From: a virus | Lineage: Duplodnaviria > Caudoviricetes | DNA: 56,225 nucleotides | Direction: 5' to 3' (one strand) | Virus record (IMG/VR): IMGVR_UViG_3300006923_000027 | Coordinates: 1-56,225 of that record | In this document: positions 55,195 through 56,225 of the stretch, piece after piece | Numbering within the stretch: position 1 is the first letter of the stretch | Layout of the letters: each line of letters starts with the position of its first letter | Notes under the pieces: model-generated | Told to the model about the DNA's origin: nothing | What the model saw: only the letters and a program-made list of their open reading frames with translations | Databases searched by the model: none | Translations under genes and position numbers: made by a program

Positions 55195-55549
55195 TAATTA
55201 TGAAATTGAAGGTTTAACTTATTTTGGTTGGGTTGAAGTTTCTAATAAAGACAACTTAAACCCAAAGATTGCATTAAATAGCCAGACTTTAATTAAAGCT
55301 TCTACTGTCAATGAAGAAATTTATATGTCAACAAAAGATGTTGATGAATATATAAAATACAACTTAGGAATTGATAGTGTAGATTTGATAAAAAGGTTTG
55401 GCAGAAATATGCAAAATCTTAATAATGAATTTAAAAAAATAAATGACAATCATAAATCTGATGACGCTAAGTTTTTTATGGACTTGGCAAAACTTGTAGT
55501 AAGTGATAAATCTTTTTATCATGAGAGTAGAGAATATATGAAAATATAA
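55157..55549 (+). CDS. hypothetical protein
   Basis: ORF track. Confidence 0.65.
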   Translation: MRCYLIKKLLKIDNYEIEGLTYFGWVEVSNKDNLNPKIALNSQTLIKASTVNEEIYMSTKDVDEYIKYNLGIDSVDLIKRFGRNMQNLNNEFKKINDNHKSDDAKFFMDLAKLVVSDKSFYHESREYMKI

Positions 55550-55612
55550 CTTGACAATTTTAATTGAGCGATTATTTTATACTTAACCATTAAACAATAA
55601 GGTGTTAATAAA

Positions 55613-55921
55613 ATGGAAAAACCTTCAGAAAAATACAATAAACTGTTGAAAATTACAAAAAATTTAGAAATTGAGGAGGAAGTATTATGTTTAGAGCAAG
55701 TTCTAAGATCAAACTTAGAAATTATGAATCTAAAAGATAAGATTGAGAGAATAGAATCTTCTTTAGCAGAAAGAGATAAAGCTATGTTTTATTTCTTTGC
55801 TATGGGATTAAATGGAGATGAAATAAACTTCGTTCTAGAAAAAGTTAATGCTAAAAAGAAAAGAATAGAAAAACAAAAAGAACTTGAAAAACAAGAAAAG
55901 GAGTCACAAGATGAGAAATAA
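55613..55921 (+). CDS. coiled-coil hypothetical protein
   Basis: ORF track. Confidence 0.7.
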   Translation: MEKPSEKYNKLLKITKNLEIEEEVLCLEQVLRSNLEIMNLKDKIERIESSLAERDKAMFYFFAMGLNGDEINFVLEKVNAKKKRIEKQKELEKQEKESQDEK

Positions 55922-56225
55922 AAAAATAACTCTTTCACAAGAGGCTAGAGATAAGTTAGGTCAAGGATTAAATGACTTAGCCAATGCAGTAAAAGTAACT
56001 TTAGGTCCGAGAGGAAGAAATGTTGCTATTGAAAATGAAAGAAGATTACCTACAATTACAAAAGATGGTGTGTCTGTCGCAAGATCAATTTCATTTTCAG
56101 ATAGAGAAAAAAATATGGGTGCATCTATAATAAAGTCAGTTGCTCAAAATGCAAATCTTTATTCAGGTGATGGTACAACAACAGCTACTGTTTTAGCTCA
56201 AGAGTTATACAATGAAGGCTCAAGA
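55911..56225 (+). CDS. groEL: chaperonin GroEL, 3'-truncated (not in ORF track)
   Basis: AVKVTLGPRGRNV, ITKDGVSVA, GDGTTTATVLAQ. Confidence 0.97.
   Translation, partial: MRNKKITLSQEARDKLGQGLNDLANAVKVTLGPRGRNVAIENERRLPTITKDGVSVARSISFSDREKNMGASIIKSVAQNANLYSGDGTTTATVLAQELYNEGSR

Noticed and set aside
1-56225. Stop-codon reassignment
   Set aside because: Coding density is high under the standard code, and TAA, TAG and TGA all terminate genes at sensible, often coupled, positions.

Overview
AT-rich, gene-dense segment of a large (jumbo-type) bacteriophage genome, read in the standard code. Almost all genes are on the + strand, and I found no tRNA, rRNA or CRISPR array. (1) 1-7.55 kb: an array of self-contained expression cassettes. 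Sixteen copies of a 19-bp near-palindrome (TTACCCCC-GTA/TAC-GGGGGTAA, present in both orientations) bound 15 units. Each unit has a sigma70 promoter whose -35 box is almost always exactly 17 bp downstream of the palindrome, followed by one payload and a hairpin terminator. Twelve units carry one small ORF (including a triplicated gene). The last three carry homologous, highly structured ~280-350 nt non-coding RNAs. This palindrome/cassette/ncRNA arrangement is the most novel-looking system here. (2) 7.55-8.5 kb holds more structured non-coding DNA, and 11.4-11.9 kb is an iteron-like, origin-like region. (3) 15.9-48.6 kb contains about 30 diverged paralogs of one small protein family. (4) Interspersed putative late/virion genes share a TACTAATA-like upstream motif and an 'AN-x-LD-xx-G-xxxx-AD' helical motif. 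(5) Recognisable genes: HNH endonuclease, PD-(D/E)xK nuclease-like protein, cytidylyltransferase-like protein, 5'-3' exonuclease, ClpS, trypsin-like protease, vWA/Ig lipoprotein-like protein, Dps-like protein, VOC protein, RpoH-like sigma factor and a partial GroEL. Functional calls come from motifs read by eye; no database searches were run.
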